Shown here: positions 1 through 12,744 of the stretch, one piece after another
How the letters are laid out: each line of letters starts with the position of its first letter
How positions within the stretch are numbered: the first letter of the stretch is position 1
DNA from: Macrostomum lignano
Taxonomy: Eukaryota
Assembly: GCA_002269645.1 (NCBI GenBank)
Contig: NIVC01001104.1
Coordinates: 1 to 64,000, forward strand
Direction of reading: 5' to 3'
Length of the DNA stretch: 64,000 nucleotides
The notes under the pieces: model-generated
Seen by the model: only the letters and a program-made list of their open reading frames with translations
What the model was told of the DNA's origin: nothing
The model's database searches: none
Translations under genes and position numbers: made by a program

Positions 1-5
1 GGGTG

Positions 6-745
6 TAGTGATGGATCGAAATTAATTTCGATTTCGATATTCCAAATTTCGAAACTAATTTTGCATTGAAATAATTTCGATTTTGATTTCGAATTTCGAC
101 ACCATTCTTTGAAAATCATTTCGAAATTTTGGTTATATTTTAACAATTTAGACATTGATGATCATGCTACACAGGAAAGAAAATCTATAGGAAGTGAAAG
201 GAAGTGCGGTTCAAAGACTCAGTGGGGAGGTGAGAATCGCCTTTTCTACAAGAAAGATTGTGCGGGGCACACACTGTTCCAGGCCTTGTGCTGCACCCAC
301 CTCAACCTCCACAAGCCCACTGGCTGAACTCATTGGTATGGATTTTAATTGGCTAAAGACTTAAAGCCTTAATGAAATGGATATAGGCTACTCGTATGTC
401 GTATCTAGATCTTCAGCTTAAACAGCGGTGAAGTATAATACAATTTCTACTATATTCTTATGTACAAGTATATAATACATAATACACCAGCATTTTCTAT
501 TTCGTATTTTTAAAGTAAGTTAAATCTTAAATATTCTGGTTTAAAAATATCAAAGATACTTTTTATAAAACATGTAAGCTCATACATGCAGAGGCAAGGT
601 GTTAACCTTTTTGCATGATTAGCGAAAAAGTAAAAATTTGTTAAGCTCAAAAATTTCGATTTCGATTTGATTTCAATTTTGATTCTAAGGAACTGAAAAT
701 TTCGATTTTGATTTTGATTTGAAAAATAATTTTGATCCATCACTA
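6..745. mobile_element. Non-autonomous hAT-type MITE
   Basis: TIRs TAGTGATGGATCGAAATTA (6-24) and TAATTTTGATCCATCACTA (727-745), 1 mismatch. The right flank GGTGGGTG (746-753) ends in GGGTG, matching positions 1-5, so this is an 8-bp TSD cut by the window edge. Subterminal TTTCGA-type repeats are present. Confidence 0.8.
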
Positions 746-2449
746 GGTGGGTGCCATACTATCTCACAAATGACAACAAGGCACACCAGGTGACAATTGC
801 TTAGTAGCTTCTACATTGGTTCAGGAAAGAGTTCAGCTTTCTTAGACCATGTTGACTTAGATCTGCTTGTATAAGCCCAACCTCAAGAGACAGAACTCTG
901 AGTGGCAGTCAAAAAAGTTCTGCCTAGCCATCAAGACCATCAGTTCTACGATGCACCAAGGGAACCAACAAGATAATGATCATTGCATGCTACTATAGTT
1001 TTGGTATTATTTTCATCCACTGCATTCCTGAGGGCCAAAACATCAACCAGCAATATTATTGGAGCTTTATAATTCATTATCTTTGGCCTGCCCTATGCAA
1101 AAAGTAGCCATAGACCCTGGAACTTGGTCTACTCCTGCATAGCAATGCCAGTTTATATATAACCCACATTGTGTAGGACCTACTGCGGGACTACTAGTGG
1201 GATATGCTGCCTCATCCTCCTTACTCTTCAGACCTCAGTCTTTATGATTTTGACCTTTTCCAAAGCTTAAAAACTAGTTCCAAGGTGTTGTTTCCATTGC
1301 CTAGATAGTTTCAACCTAGGCCTACTTTGGCAAAATAATTTATTTTAGGCTCCCCCTACATCTATTTTAAACTAAAAATTCACTTTCACCAAAGAATTCC
1401 TTCATTGAAATGGGCTGCACCCGCCTAGATAACCTGTTTACTGTGTTTAGTGAGGTTAGCTGCATTGCAAAAGACCTAGGGCCTATATAAATCTGGCCCT
1501 GCTGACAGCATCCAGAAGTTGCCTAGCTGCTACCTAGGAGCACACAATTCAAACCAACAGAAGTTATTTTTAATATTTTGAAAGGTTTTTGAGCTGTAGA
1601 CAACCTTGGCTACTAGCCTGCTACTAAGCCCTACACCATTATAACTAAAGGATCTAAACTAGGGTCTATGAAATTTTGCTAAAAATCCAAGCCAGGTTTC
1701 AACTTTTAGGTTTATGTAAATGTTAAAAAATAGAATTCTAACAAAGAAACTATTACTCTTATTGCTCTATTTTTACTAAAGCATGTAGCATCTAGTGATC
1801 TAGGCATAGGCATAGCATAGATCTATACTGATACTGATAGATCATAGACCTAGTATATGGTCCAGATTTTTATCTTTGACTAGGGGGGCCTATAGTAAAA
1901 TTTAGACATAACTGATTGAGCCAAAAATATTTTACAAAAAAACAAAACAAGTTAAAGATAAACAAACTATTTTTAAAACTGAATCTGGAGGCCTCAAGCC
2001 TGCTCTATAACCTCTGGCTCTATCTCTATTCTATGGTAAAAAACCATTGGCATTATCTACCTCAAATAGACTTGAAGAATTTATTTATTATATGCCACAT
2101 CACTTTCTGTACTAACAAAAATATATCATAATTGGTCCTGCTCTTTGAGAAACTTACTTACTTTTACTTTACATGTCGGTGTGGTTGCAGTGCATGAGTT
2201 AGCTAATATTGTAGTCTTTAAAGACGTACACAATTGTCGTACAAGTTCTTGGAAATCGAGTTTTAAAATGACGTTTCAAATCGTTAACTTTTGCGTCTTT
2301 CATGCGTGAAGACTTTCTGCTTCCAATGAGTGAATTTCTTAGTAGTACAGGCGAAATGCAAGATACATTTCCAATTATACTGACTTTTTATGGTAAAATT
2401 ATGTTTCGTAATTTAGAGCGCTCAAGGGATGCCAATCTGACCAATATCT

Positions 2450-2840
2450 AGGGATGAAACCTGGATCCCATTTTTGACCCTGAAACAAGGGATGAGAGCC
2501 GTGTTTGGGCGAGAAGAGGACCCAATCTCCTGGTCAAGGCTCACCGCGACAAGCACTCCAAGAGATCATCATGACGATTTTCTTTGATCGCTCTGGCCCA
2601 CTCACAATTGAGTTCTTGCAAGAAGGGCCGACGACAAATGCTGACCGCTATTGCGCCACTGTACAGAAACTCAATTGCAAGTCGGACATCCAGAATAAGC
2701 GTCGGTCAGGTGAGAAGCCGTACCTTTTGCACCACGACAACGCACGTCCCCACGCGGCCAAGACGACAGAGGAGACGATCGAGGCTCAGGCAAATTTTTG
2801 AGCTGCTCTCACCCAACCCTACTCTCCGGATATCTCAGCA
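2450..2840 (+). mobile_element. Degenerate mariner transposase fragment
   Basis: Translations contain DETW (~2455), IFFDRSG and YLLHHDNARPH, which are mariner DD34D catalytic-domain motifs. Frameshifted. Confidence 0.85.
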
Positions 2841-3719
2841 ATCCCCCCAAGCCTTGACATCTCAAGACATAAACACTTTTAAATGACACTTCTAGTATGT
2901 TTGACTTGACGCTTCTTGCATTCTTGCGTACTCCTGAAAGCTCCTGCAGAAACTTTTGTACTCCCTGCAGGAACCCAATTTTGCACTTTTCTATACATTT
3001 TAAACAATCTATACATACGAGCGTACGAGTATCTTTCAGTGCACATTTGGCTTGGCACATTCATGCTAATGCTTCATGCTAAATACTTCTTGCGCCCAAA
3101 CAATTGACCGTGAACTATTGGTCCTATTATTCTATTTACTATAACAGAACTGCTAATTCTGCCTTATGCGAGGATATTGAAAGGTGCTAAATTTTTGTTG
3201 AAAAAATACACAAGCTCCAATCTACCGTATATACAGCTGGAAGAAGTTGCATTGGTGACAATGACGCAATCAATTTTGATGCATTTATAGTTAGCGAAGA
3301 TCTGTTGTTGGTGCTATTGTTCCACACACCACAGGCAAGACCGAGAATTCGCACCTCAGTGTGTTTATACGTTAAGGAACCGAGCATCGGGGCTATATAA
3401 TGTTGCACAGGTATTCTATTCATAAGTTACGCAAGCCTATGCAATATCATCATTAGAGTTTGCAGCAGATGTGCGATTTCAGTCTAAATAAAATAACTGT
3501 TTAAAACAGACGGTCAATTTTATATGGCTACTAATACGAGCGTAGTAAATCAAATTTACCTTGAATTGTTTCAGTGTTTCTCCCGAGAGTTTGACGCCTG
3601 GCTATACCTTCATCACCCGAAACACCTCATAATTGGGCTCTGAGCTGTGTATATTTCGAGGCATTTAGACTTTTAATATTTATTAAGGCACTGCACTGAT
3701 CAAGTTTGTGAGACGCCAG

Positions 3720-5290
3720 TTTGAAGACCAAAGGGGTTTATGAGCCGTCAAATTGGTTTATGGAAGACCAAAAGTGGTTTATGAGCCGCCAAATTGGTTT
3801 ATGAAAGACCAAAAGTGGTTTATGAGCCGCCAAATTGGTTTATGAAAGACCAAAAGTGGTTTATGAGCCGCCAAATTGGTTTATGGAAGATCAAAGTGGT
3901 TTATGAGCAGCCAAATTGGTTTATGAAAGACCAAAAGTGGTTTATGAGCCGTCAAATTGGTTTATGGAAGATCAAAGTGGTTTATGAGCCGCCAAATTGG
4001 TTTATGGAAGATCAAAGTGGTTTATGAGCCGCCAAATTGGTTTATGGAAGATCAAAGTGGTTTTTGAGCCGCCAATTTGGTTTATGGAAGATCAAAGTGG
4101 TTTATGAGCCGTCAAATTGGTTTATGGAAGATCAAAGTAGTTTATGAGCCGCCAAATTGGTTTATGGAAGATCAAAGTGGTTTATGAGCCGTCAGATTGG
4201 TTTATGGAAGATCAAAGTGGTTTATGAGCCGTCAAATTGGTTTATGGAAGATCAAAGTGGTTTATGAGCCGCCAAATTGGTTTATGGAAAATCAAAGTGG
4301 TTTATAAGCCGCCAAATTGGTTTATGGAAAATCAAAGTGGTTTATGAGCCGCCAAATTGGTTTATGGAAGATCAAAGTGGTTTATGAGCCGCCAAATTGG
4401 TTTATGGAAGATCAAAGTGGTTTATGAGACGCTAAATTGGTTTATGGAAGATCAAAGTGGTTTATGAGCCGCCAAATTGGTTTATGGAAGATCAAAGTGG
4501 TTTATGAGCCGCCAAATTGGTTTATGGAAGATCAAAGTGGTTTTTGAGCCGCCAATTTGGTTTATGGAAGATCAAAGTGGTTTATGAGCCGTCAAATTGG
4601 TTTATGGAAGATCAAAGTAGTTTATGAGCCGCCAAATTGGTTTATGGAAGATCAAAGTGGTTTATGAGCCGTCAAATTGGTTTATGGAAGATCAAAGTGG
4701 TTTATGAGCAGCCAAATTGGTTTATGAAAGACCAAAAGTGGTTTATGAGCCGTCAAATTGGTTTATGGAAGATCAAAGTGGTTTATGAGCCGCCAAATTG
4801 GTTTATGGAAGATCAAAGTGGTTTATGAGCCGCCAAATTGGTTTATGGAAGATCAAAGTGGTTTTTGAGCCGCCAATTTGGTTTATGGAAGATCAAAGTG
4901 GTTTATGAGCCGTCAAATTGGTTTATGGAAGATCAAAGTGGTTTTTGAGCCGCCAATTTGGTTTATGGAAGATCAAAGTGGTTTATGAGCCGTCAAATTG
5001 GTTTATGGAAGATCAAAGTAGTTTATGAGCCGCCAAATTGGTTTATGGAAGATCAAAGTGGTTTATGAGCCGTCAAATTGGTTTATGGAAGATCAAAGTG
5101 GTTTATGAGCCGTCAAATTGGTTTATGGAAGATCAAAGTGGTTTATGAGCCGTCAAATTGGTTTATGGAAGATCAAAGTAGTTTATGAGCCGCTAAATTG
5201 GTTTATGGAAGATCAAAGTGGTTTCTGAGACGCTAAATTGGTTTATGAGACGCTAAATTGATTTATGAGATGCAAACTTGGTTTATGGAA
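3720..5290. repeat. 40-bp minisatellite built from two ~20-bp subunits
   Basis: Unit TGGTTTATGAGCCGCCAAATTGGTTTATGGAAGATCAAAG, roughly 38 copies. Confidence 0.97.
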
Positions 5291-5744
5291 GAGTAGGAAG
5301 ACCAAAAAACTTTTAGAGGGTTGGATTCGCTTCTAAGAAATTATTCCTGATTCTAGGGTTTATTATGTACTGGGCAAGCGAAGCGATTGTGCCTTAGTAG
5401 ACGAAATACAGGTTTAATTACAGGTGAAATCTATTAGAGAACCTTCAAGACTTAACTAATTATTCAATTTTGGGGGTTGCGATTTTATATTTTATTTAAA
5501 AGCTTTCCTATATAGATTGTGGCAGCCCCTTACCCAGCTGGTATAGACACCTGATCAATGTGCAGTCAAGGATTTCAGATGCGATTCTATAATTGCCTGC
5601 ATACATATATACCGAATTGCAAATGCAGCTAAATGTATGGCTAATATAAATCTAAGATGTTAAAACAAACCCATGCAGTTTTAAATCACAATTAAGATCT
5701 GTCATTCAAAAGTCACACACTTTACTAGACTTTAAATCTATAGA

Positions 5745-7295
5745 GTCAGATCCCGACTCTATATTGTGTCAGATCCCGACTCTATATTGTGTCAGATCCC
5801 GACTCTATATTGTGTCAGATCCCGACTCTATATTGTGTCAGATCCCGACTCTATATTGTGTCAGATCCCGACTCTATATTGTGTCAGATCCCGACTCTAT
5901 ATTGTGTCAGATCCCGACTCTATATTGTGTCAGATCCCGACTCTATATTGTGTCAGATCCCGACTCTATATTGTGTCAGATCCCGACTCTATATTGTGTC
6001 AGATCCCGAATCTATACTATGTCAGATCCCGACTCTATATTGTGTCAGATCCCGATTCTATATTGTGTCAGATCCCGACTCTATATTGTGTCAGATCCCG
6101 AATCTATACTATGTCAGATCCCGACTCTATACTATGTCAGATCCCGACTCTATAATGTGTCAGACTCCGACTCTATACTGTCAGACCCCGACTCTATATT
6201 ATGTCAGATCCCGACTCTATACTATGTCAGATCCCCCACTCTATATTGTGTCAGATCCCGACTCTAAATTGTGTCAGATCCTGACTCTATATATTATGTC
6301 AGATCCCGACTCTATATTATGTCAGATCCCGACTCTATATTGTGTCAGATCCTGACTCTATATATTATGTCAGACCCCGACTCTATATTATGTCAGATCC
6401 CGACTCTATACTGTGTCAGATCCCGACTCTATATTGTGTCAGATCCCGACTCTATATTCTGTCAGATCCCGACTCTAAATTGTGTCAGATCCCGACTCTA
6501 AATTGTGTCAGATCCCGACTCTATATTGTGTCAGATCCTGACTCTATATTGTGTCAGATCCCGACTCTATACTGTGTCAGATCCCGACTCTATATTGTGT
6601 CAGATCCCGACTCTATATTGTGTCAGATCCCGACTCTATATTGTGTCAGATCCCGACTCTATATTGTGTCAGATCCCGACTCTATATTGTGTCAGATCCC
6701 GATTCTATATTGTGTCAGATCCCGACTCTATATTGTGTCAGATCCCGACTCTATATTGTGTCAGATCCCGAATCTATACTATGTCAGATCCCGACTCTAT
6801 ATTGTGTCAGATCCCGACTCTATATTGTGTCAGATCCCGACTCTATATTGTGTCAGATCCCGAATCTATACTATGTCAGACCCCGACTCTATATTGTGTC
6901 AGATCCCGATTCTATATTGTGTCAGATCCCGACTCTATATTGTGTCAGATCCCGAATCTATACTATGTCAGATCCCGACTCTATACTATGTCAGATCCCG
7001 ACTCTATAATGTGTCAGACTCCGACTCTATACTGTCAGACCCCGACTCTATATTATGTCAGATCCCGACTCTATACTATGTCAGATCCCCCACTCTATAT
7101 TGTGTCAGATCCCGACTCTAAATTGTGTCAGATCCTGACTCTATATATTATGTCAGATCCCGACTCTATATTATGTCAGATCCCGACTCTATATTGTGTC
7201 AGATCCTGACTCTATATATTATGTCAGACCCCGACTCTATATTATGTCAGATCCCGACTCTATATTATGTCAGATCCCGACTCTATACTATGTCA
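5745..7295. repeat. 23-bp minisatellite with an 854-bp higher-order duplication
   Basis: Unit TCAGATCCCGACTCTATATTGTG. The variant block CAGACTCCGACTCTATACTGTCAGACCCC recurs at 6161 and 7015. Confidence 0.97.
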
Positions 7296-7460
7296 GAGGC
7301 TGCATACTGTGGCTCTATGCTCAATACTATTGTAGATGTGTAAGTCTATGAGTCTATCCGTGTCAAAAGTAGAAACAATACAGTGTAGCGATCAAATACT
7401 ATTATTATATATTTTCTGCGCGTCCCCCCAGTTCATAAGGTCAGAAAGAGTTAGGGCTAA

Positions 7461-7590
7461 AGGCTCATTCACAATGCCATCAAACGAGCCACCAAATCAC
7501 ACGACCAATTTACAAAGGAATCAAATTTGATGTACAAATTGTGTGATCAAACCTAATTTGGTATTATTTGATGGCAGTGTGAACGAGCCT
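7461..7590. mobile_element. 130-bp PIF/Harbinger (Tourist-like) MITE
   Basis: TIR AGGCTCATTCACAATGCCATCAAA versus TTTGATGGCAGTGTGAACGAGCCT (2 mismatches). TAA TSD at 7458-7460 and 7591-7593. Confidence 0.85.
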
Positions 7591-7750
7591 TAAATTAGTG
7601 GAACCCTTCGCAATGTCGGTCCGAGTGACTGAGACCAGTAGGCCAGTGAGTTAACGCCAACGCCAATTCTGAATGACCAAGTTCAAGTTCAGAGTGCAGA
7701 AAGTCCGAGGAGAAGGGAGGGTGATGGGCGGCCGCCAGCCAGGTCGCGCG

Positions 7751-7860
7751 CCCATTGGCTGGGCGGATCCATGGGGTGGGGGTTGGAGGGCAGGCAGGCG
7801 CGCTGTTCCAAAATCGCTCTCTCTCCCTCAGGCAGAGGGCGCGGGCAGGGCTATTAAAGT
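7751..7860 (+). promoter_or_regulatory. Putative Pol II promoter of the 7987 ORF
   Basis: Inverted CCAAT (ATTGG 7754-7758), GC box GGGCGG (7761-7766) and TATA-like TATTAAAG (7852-7859) in a CpG-rich stretch about 130 bp before the ATG. Confidence 0.4.
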
Positions 7861-7986
7861 TGCGATCCGAGCGAAGGCTTCCAAATTACACCAAGGCCAA
7901 AGGCTGCCAGTAAGCACAGAGCATCAACGGTGTTTGACCTGCAGTGACACCAAAGCCCTGCTAACTTCAGCATCTCTGCCTGCACG

Positions 7987-8712
7987 ATGCCAGCCGCAGT
8001 GACTCCATTCGAGCAGTTCAGCAAAGCCGAGTCGCATCTCATCAAGCGGCTTGGCAGACACGCTGACGAGCGAATCTTTGAGCTGAGCACTTGGGAATCA
8101 GCTGATCGGGATCTGCTCGGTCTGTTCCCCGCCATCTCCAGCGCTCTCACTGTGCTCAACGATGACCAAAAACAGAGGCACGAGTCCGCGACCTCACCAG
8201 ATGATACGCAGCGATCATCGCCCTGCTCCCTGACTGGATCCTCATCCTCAGACTCCTCCGGTGCCTCATCCTCATCATACGTGTCCGCCTTCTCAGCTTC
8301 ATCTCGCAGCTCAGCTGGTGGTGCAGCCTCCCCCAGCGGCCAGAAGCCTGCGGCTGTCAGGTGGTGCCAGCCCGGCTTGAAGGACCTGCAGCTTCTTGCC
8401 AGCAAGGAGGACGTGGCCAGCCTCCCCAGAGCCTCATCAATCGAAGAGGTGCTGGCCCTGCTCAGCAAGGATGACGTCATCGTGGTGCCCTGCGCTCACG
8501 GCGGCTACATTCTGTACGCGGTGACCTACTTGGACGATCTGGTGGCACAGCAGCCGCCGACTGTGATCCCTCCGAGTCCTGACGACCCGGCAACCAAGCT
8601 GAGCCCCGAGGTGTTCAACTTGTTCCTGCAGAACGAGGAGCTGCTGAGCCGCGGACAGGACGCCTCGCTGCTCGGAGCCCCGCCTGCTCTGCCATGCCTG
8701 CAGCATTTCTAG
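7987..8712 (+). CDS. Intronless 241-aa protein of unknown function with a Ser-rich linker
   Basis: Non-repetitive ORF with GC3-rich codons like the other genes here, followed by an abrupt switch to AT-rich UTR-like sequence. No family recognised. Confidence 0.65.
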   Translation: MPAAVTPFEQFSKAESHLIKRLGRHADERIFELSTWESADRDLLGLFPAISSALTVLNDDQKQRHESATSPDDTQRSSPCSLTGSSSSDSSGASSSSYVSAFSASSRSSAGGAASPSGQKPAAVRWCQPGLKDLQLLASKEDVASLPRASSIEEVLALLSKDDVIVVPCAHGGYILYAVTYLDDLVAQQPPTVIPPSPDDPATKLSPEVFNLFLQNEELLSRGQDASLLGAPPALPCLQHF

Positions 8713-9539
8713 AACTGTTACAAAAGTAACTTTTTATCTTCACAGGTCCTGGCATTTCTCAGAAAATCAATTTGTTTTAAAAAGTCGCGCATTTTGCACC
8801 AGCTATTCATTGTGGAAACTATCCAGTCTGCTCCATTAACTTTGCATGCTATGGTTTGCTAAAATATTTTAACTGGTTGTATTGACTGTTTTATTTTTTA
8901 TTTGATATAGTAATGGCAGGTCTGTACTGTACTATTTAATGTAGTATAGTATCCATGCGGAAATACCCTATTCTTCTTTTGCAATCAGTTTTTTTGAGTC
9001 TGTTAATTTGTTGTAAGTTAATTTGTTTATTTATTTATTTAGCTATTTGTCTGTATTTATAAGTTTCTATTTTGTTATAGCTAAGTTAGTTGTTTTGATA
9101 TCTAGCTGGTAGCCAGCTAGCTACTATCGAATGCTTATTGAATAACATGCATTGTAGCATTATTATTTATTGTTGTTTATAGTTATAGTGTAGTGTATTG
9201 CTGCATTTCCTGTGAGTTTTTATAATAACTGCTATTTGTCGCTAGCCCACTTCTATTGTATAGAATTTGTAAACATTTTCTTTTATTTTTTGCTATCAAA
9301 AAAACCTTCGACCAGCAATGCTGTAACCAACAGTTTCGATCGGGTGCAGAGCCTGCTGACTCGACAATGATTCGATGTTTATTAAAATAAAAACATTGTT
9401 GCTATAATGCCATAATACATGCTCTGTAGGTGTTATTATTACTGTTTAAGTTAGTAACGTTTCTTATCTACTAATATATATGGTACATTTGAGTATGTTG
9501 TTTGAATAATACAGATCTACAGACGTAAAGTTCTGCATA

Positions 9540-9790
9540 GGGAGGTCAGATAGGAGAGGTGAATAGGGAAAGAAGAGAAGAGAAAAGAGATTAAGGGTTG
9601 AGAAAGAAAAGATAAGAGAAGAGGAGAGATAGAGAAGAGAGAATAGAGAAGAGAGAATCAGAGGGAAGAGAAGAGAGAAGGGAAGAGAGAAGGGGAAGGA
9701 GAGGAGAATAAGGAGTTAGAGTACATCGAGGGGAGAGAAGAGGAAAATGGGGGTAAGAAGAGAGAATATGGTACAAGGCAGAGAGATGTG
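9540..9790. repeat. GA-rich low-complexity tract
   Basis: Almost purely purine (AGAGAAG-like) sequence. Confidence 0.85.
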
Positions 9791-10394
9791 GGTAGAGACT
9801 TGATTAGGTTTGGCGGAAAGAACTCATCTATGTCATGCGAGAAGTGCAAAACTTCAAAGTTGAAAACCCAGCATTTGAATGAAGACTTATTTTGTAGCCA
9901 GCCCTGAAGTACGCAACGGTTCCAACTTTCAATCCAATGTTATGGCTACCCTAGCAACTGGCTAGAAACAGAGACTACACGTATTAAGACTTTGATTATC
10001 CGTTATCTTAATAACCCATCAGGCCCCACACACGCATGTAAATTGCAGTTCCGAAGACCTTTTCTTGCGGTTTGTTTGCGCAACCAATCCCGCTTAAACC
10101 GGGCGAGTTCGAAGAATCTCTATCGAATATTATACTTTATCTATGCGGCATGTTTTTCTCTCCACGGGTATTTGAACGAGGACGCGCGAGCCTTGACAAC
10201 AAGATGACAACGGTTTTATCGGCTTGTCAAGCGACATTTTTATAAAGCTGGCTTTGCTATGCGTACCAATTAGCCATCGTATTGCCCTGAAGCTTAATTA
10301 AGGAGAGAATTGAAGTGTGAAAGGCGACGCAATATGTAATTTTATACTAGCATACCTATGGAAGAGTGCTCAGACCAAAACAGAAAGGACGGCA

Positions 10395-10990
10395 CCAAAA
10401 TGAAAATCGTAGCGCCAGAAAAAAATCGACGGCGCCAATAAAGAATTGACGGCGCCAGAAAAGAATCAGTGGCGCCAAAATGGAATCGACGGTGCCAAAT
10501 GGAATCGATGGCGCCAAAATTGAATCAGTGGCGCTAAAACGGAATCGACGGCGCCAAAATGGAAACGACGGCGCCAAAATTGAATCAGTGGCGCTAAAAT
10601 GAAATCGACGGCGCCAAAATTGAATCAGTGGCGCCAAAATGGAATCGACGGTGCCAAATGGAATCGATGGCGCCAAAATTGAATCAGTGGCGCTAAAACG
10701 GAATCGACGGCGCCAAAATGGAAACGACGGCGCCAAAATTGAATCAGTGGCGCTAAAATGAAATCGACGGCGCCAAAATTGAATCAGTGGCGCTAAAATG
10801 AAATCAATGGCGCCAAAATGGAATCGACGGCGCAAAAATGAAATCGGTGGCGCCAAAATGGAATCGACGGCACCAATGTTGAATCGGTGGCGCCAAAATG
10901 AAATCGACGGCGCCAAAATAAAATCGGTGGCGCCAAAATAGAATCAACGGCACCAATGTAGAATCGGTGGTGCCAAAATGGAATTTACGC
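10395..10990. repeat. ~20-bp minisatellite with GGCGCCAAAA core
   Basis: Units such as GGCGCCAAAATGGAATCGAC and GGCGCCAAAATTGAATCAGT. About 15 exact GGCGCCAAAA cores. Confidence 0.95.
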
Positions 10991-12340
10991 CGACAAAAAG
11001 AAACGATGAAGAATCGAGAAGGCCAGCATTCCTCTAAATCAGAGCAGGAAAACCTCATTAAAATGATTGCAAACCGATGCTAAAGACAGTCCTACACACG
11101 TATTCATTAAAACAGTGGAAATTCAGTGCAGACCCTCAGACTAATTAGTGTCACTGTATACTTGAAAACTGCTGGCGGTCCTCAAGACTTACAAATTGGC
11201 GGACACCACAAACAGCTCACTTGAAGGCCACACAACCGTGAACGCTGGACGTTTCTACATAATACACCCGAAAACAAATACTACAATTCCTAGTTGTTAG
11301 GTGAGCAAAGGCTGGAGTACGTGACACTTGATAAGTATGTGATTGATTGGCAGTGTCACTGACCGTATCCTGGTGGGGTTGAATAAGCGCCCAAAGTTAC
11401 ATGTACGAGAGCTAGATGGATATAAATTAGTGTAGAGAGCGTCCTTCGGCGACAGGGTCCCACAGCCAGCGCTGATTGCGCCCATTTCGCTGACTCCAGA
11501 GCACAGGAGCACATTCATGTAAAAGCGCGCCACGTGCGTCTTGAGCTTCTATGCCCCAAATTACTGTGGCTAATCTACAGATGTTGATTGACTAATCACT
11601 AGAAAAATCTCCAGCCAGAAATATACCGGATTTAAAAACACCCTGTTGAGTTTTGACACTACTGTCAGTCTGCTACTAAGTAGGCCAGTAAGTTTCAGTT
11701 GGTTCAAAATCAAACAAATTAAATAAAATCAACACAGAATTTAAATGATAAGTACTCGCTGATTATATTCCAGTGCCAATTGCAAATTTCAATAGGCATA
11801 CAGTTAAACAAATCATGTAAGATTTTTTGGGGTTTATATTTTTATATGCAAGGACAAATTGTGACAAACAGTCATTGAAGAGTGCCTGTATATATTGGCA
11901 TACTTACTTAATTTTGCACGCATATTTTACTTACCATGTTAGCCTTGTACTACTAAACTGGTTTATTTATTGAATAGATTTGCATTTTAATATAACCGCG
12001 CCTACTAGCTACTGTAAGTAGCTGCTACGCTAAATAAACAAAATTCAGAGACGCACAAAGTTAATCAATCGCAAAGAAAGGCTCAGAGAGAAGCAGTTAA
12101 AAACACAGTAGAAGAGGAGCGCAAATTCTCAGGGACAACTAATTAATACTCGGCCAGACAGGCGGAATTACAATATATTGTAACACACTGAGAGGCATTC
12201 GGAGGTGCAGATGGAGATGGAGAGTGATACAGACACACAGCAGCAGTGTAAAGTCACTACCGACACTAGCAACTACAGCTATACTAGTAATAATAGTAAT
12301 AATAATAATAATAATAATCTGATTTGCAACCATCCAACCA

Positions 12341-12706
12341 TCACATCTGGTGCCGGAATCTGCAGTCGGTTCGTCGGCACTCGCCGGTGGAAAACCAGGC
12401 TCGACAGACGCCTCGCGGAGCCTGCTGCTGCTGGCCGGGTGGCCCTGGAGGCCGGTGATGCCGCTGCCTGGGCGGACCCGTTGGCGGCGGCCTGTGCAGC
12501 ACTGGAGGCGGATGCGGATACCGTTGATGTTGCTGCGGAGGCTGCTGAGGCGGCGGCCGGTAGGACGGATAGGAGGCTACGCCGGGCGGCGGATGGCTGA
12601 ACGCGGAGGCCGGCGGTAGCGATGAGGACTGCGGCAGCATCTGCGGATGAGGCAGATTCTGCTGCTGCTGCTGCTGCTGCTGACAGGCGGGCAGGCTGGC
12701 CAGGAC
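12341..12706 (-). CDS. PPP1R10: PNUTS/PPP1R10 last exon (Pro/Gln-rich plus C-terminal CCCH zinc finger)
   Basis: Acceptor tttcgcAG|GTC at 12706, phase 0. Ends GVCRAWFSTGECRRTDCRFRHQM-stop (C-x8-C-x4-C-x3-H). Confidence 0.88.
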   Translation of the reverse strand, partial: VLASLPACQQQQQQQQNLPHPQMLPQSSSLPPASAFSHPPPGVASYPSYRPPPQQPPQQHQRYPHPPPVLHRPPPTGPPRQRHHRPPGPPGQQQQAPRGVCRAWFSTGECRRTDCRFRHQM

Positions 12707-12744
12707 CTGCGAAATAGAAGGGGGAATAGTTCTATAATAATTGA

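Noticed and set aside
5764-7343. Long repetitive ORFs in the track (also 10356-10916, 12577-13594, 43603-45824, 48250-49193, 56738-59275, 60865-62225)
   Set aside because: They are open in several frames and on both strands simply because the repeat units lack stops. They lie in introns or intergenic DNA defined by clear splice sites.
11297-11560. Moderately GC-rich segment and 78-aa ORF as an exon or snoRNA
   Set aside because: No recognisable protein motif, no consistent splice pair, and no convincing C/D or H/ACA boxes.
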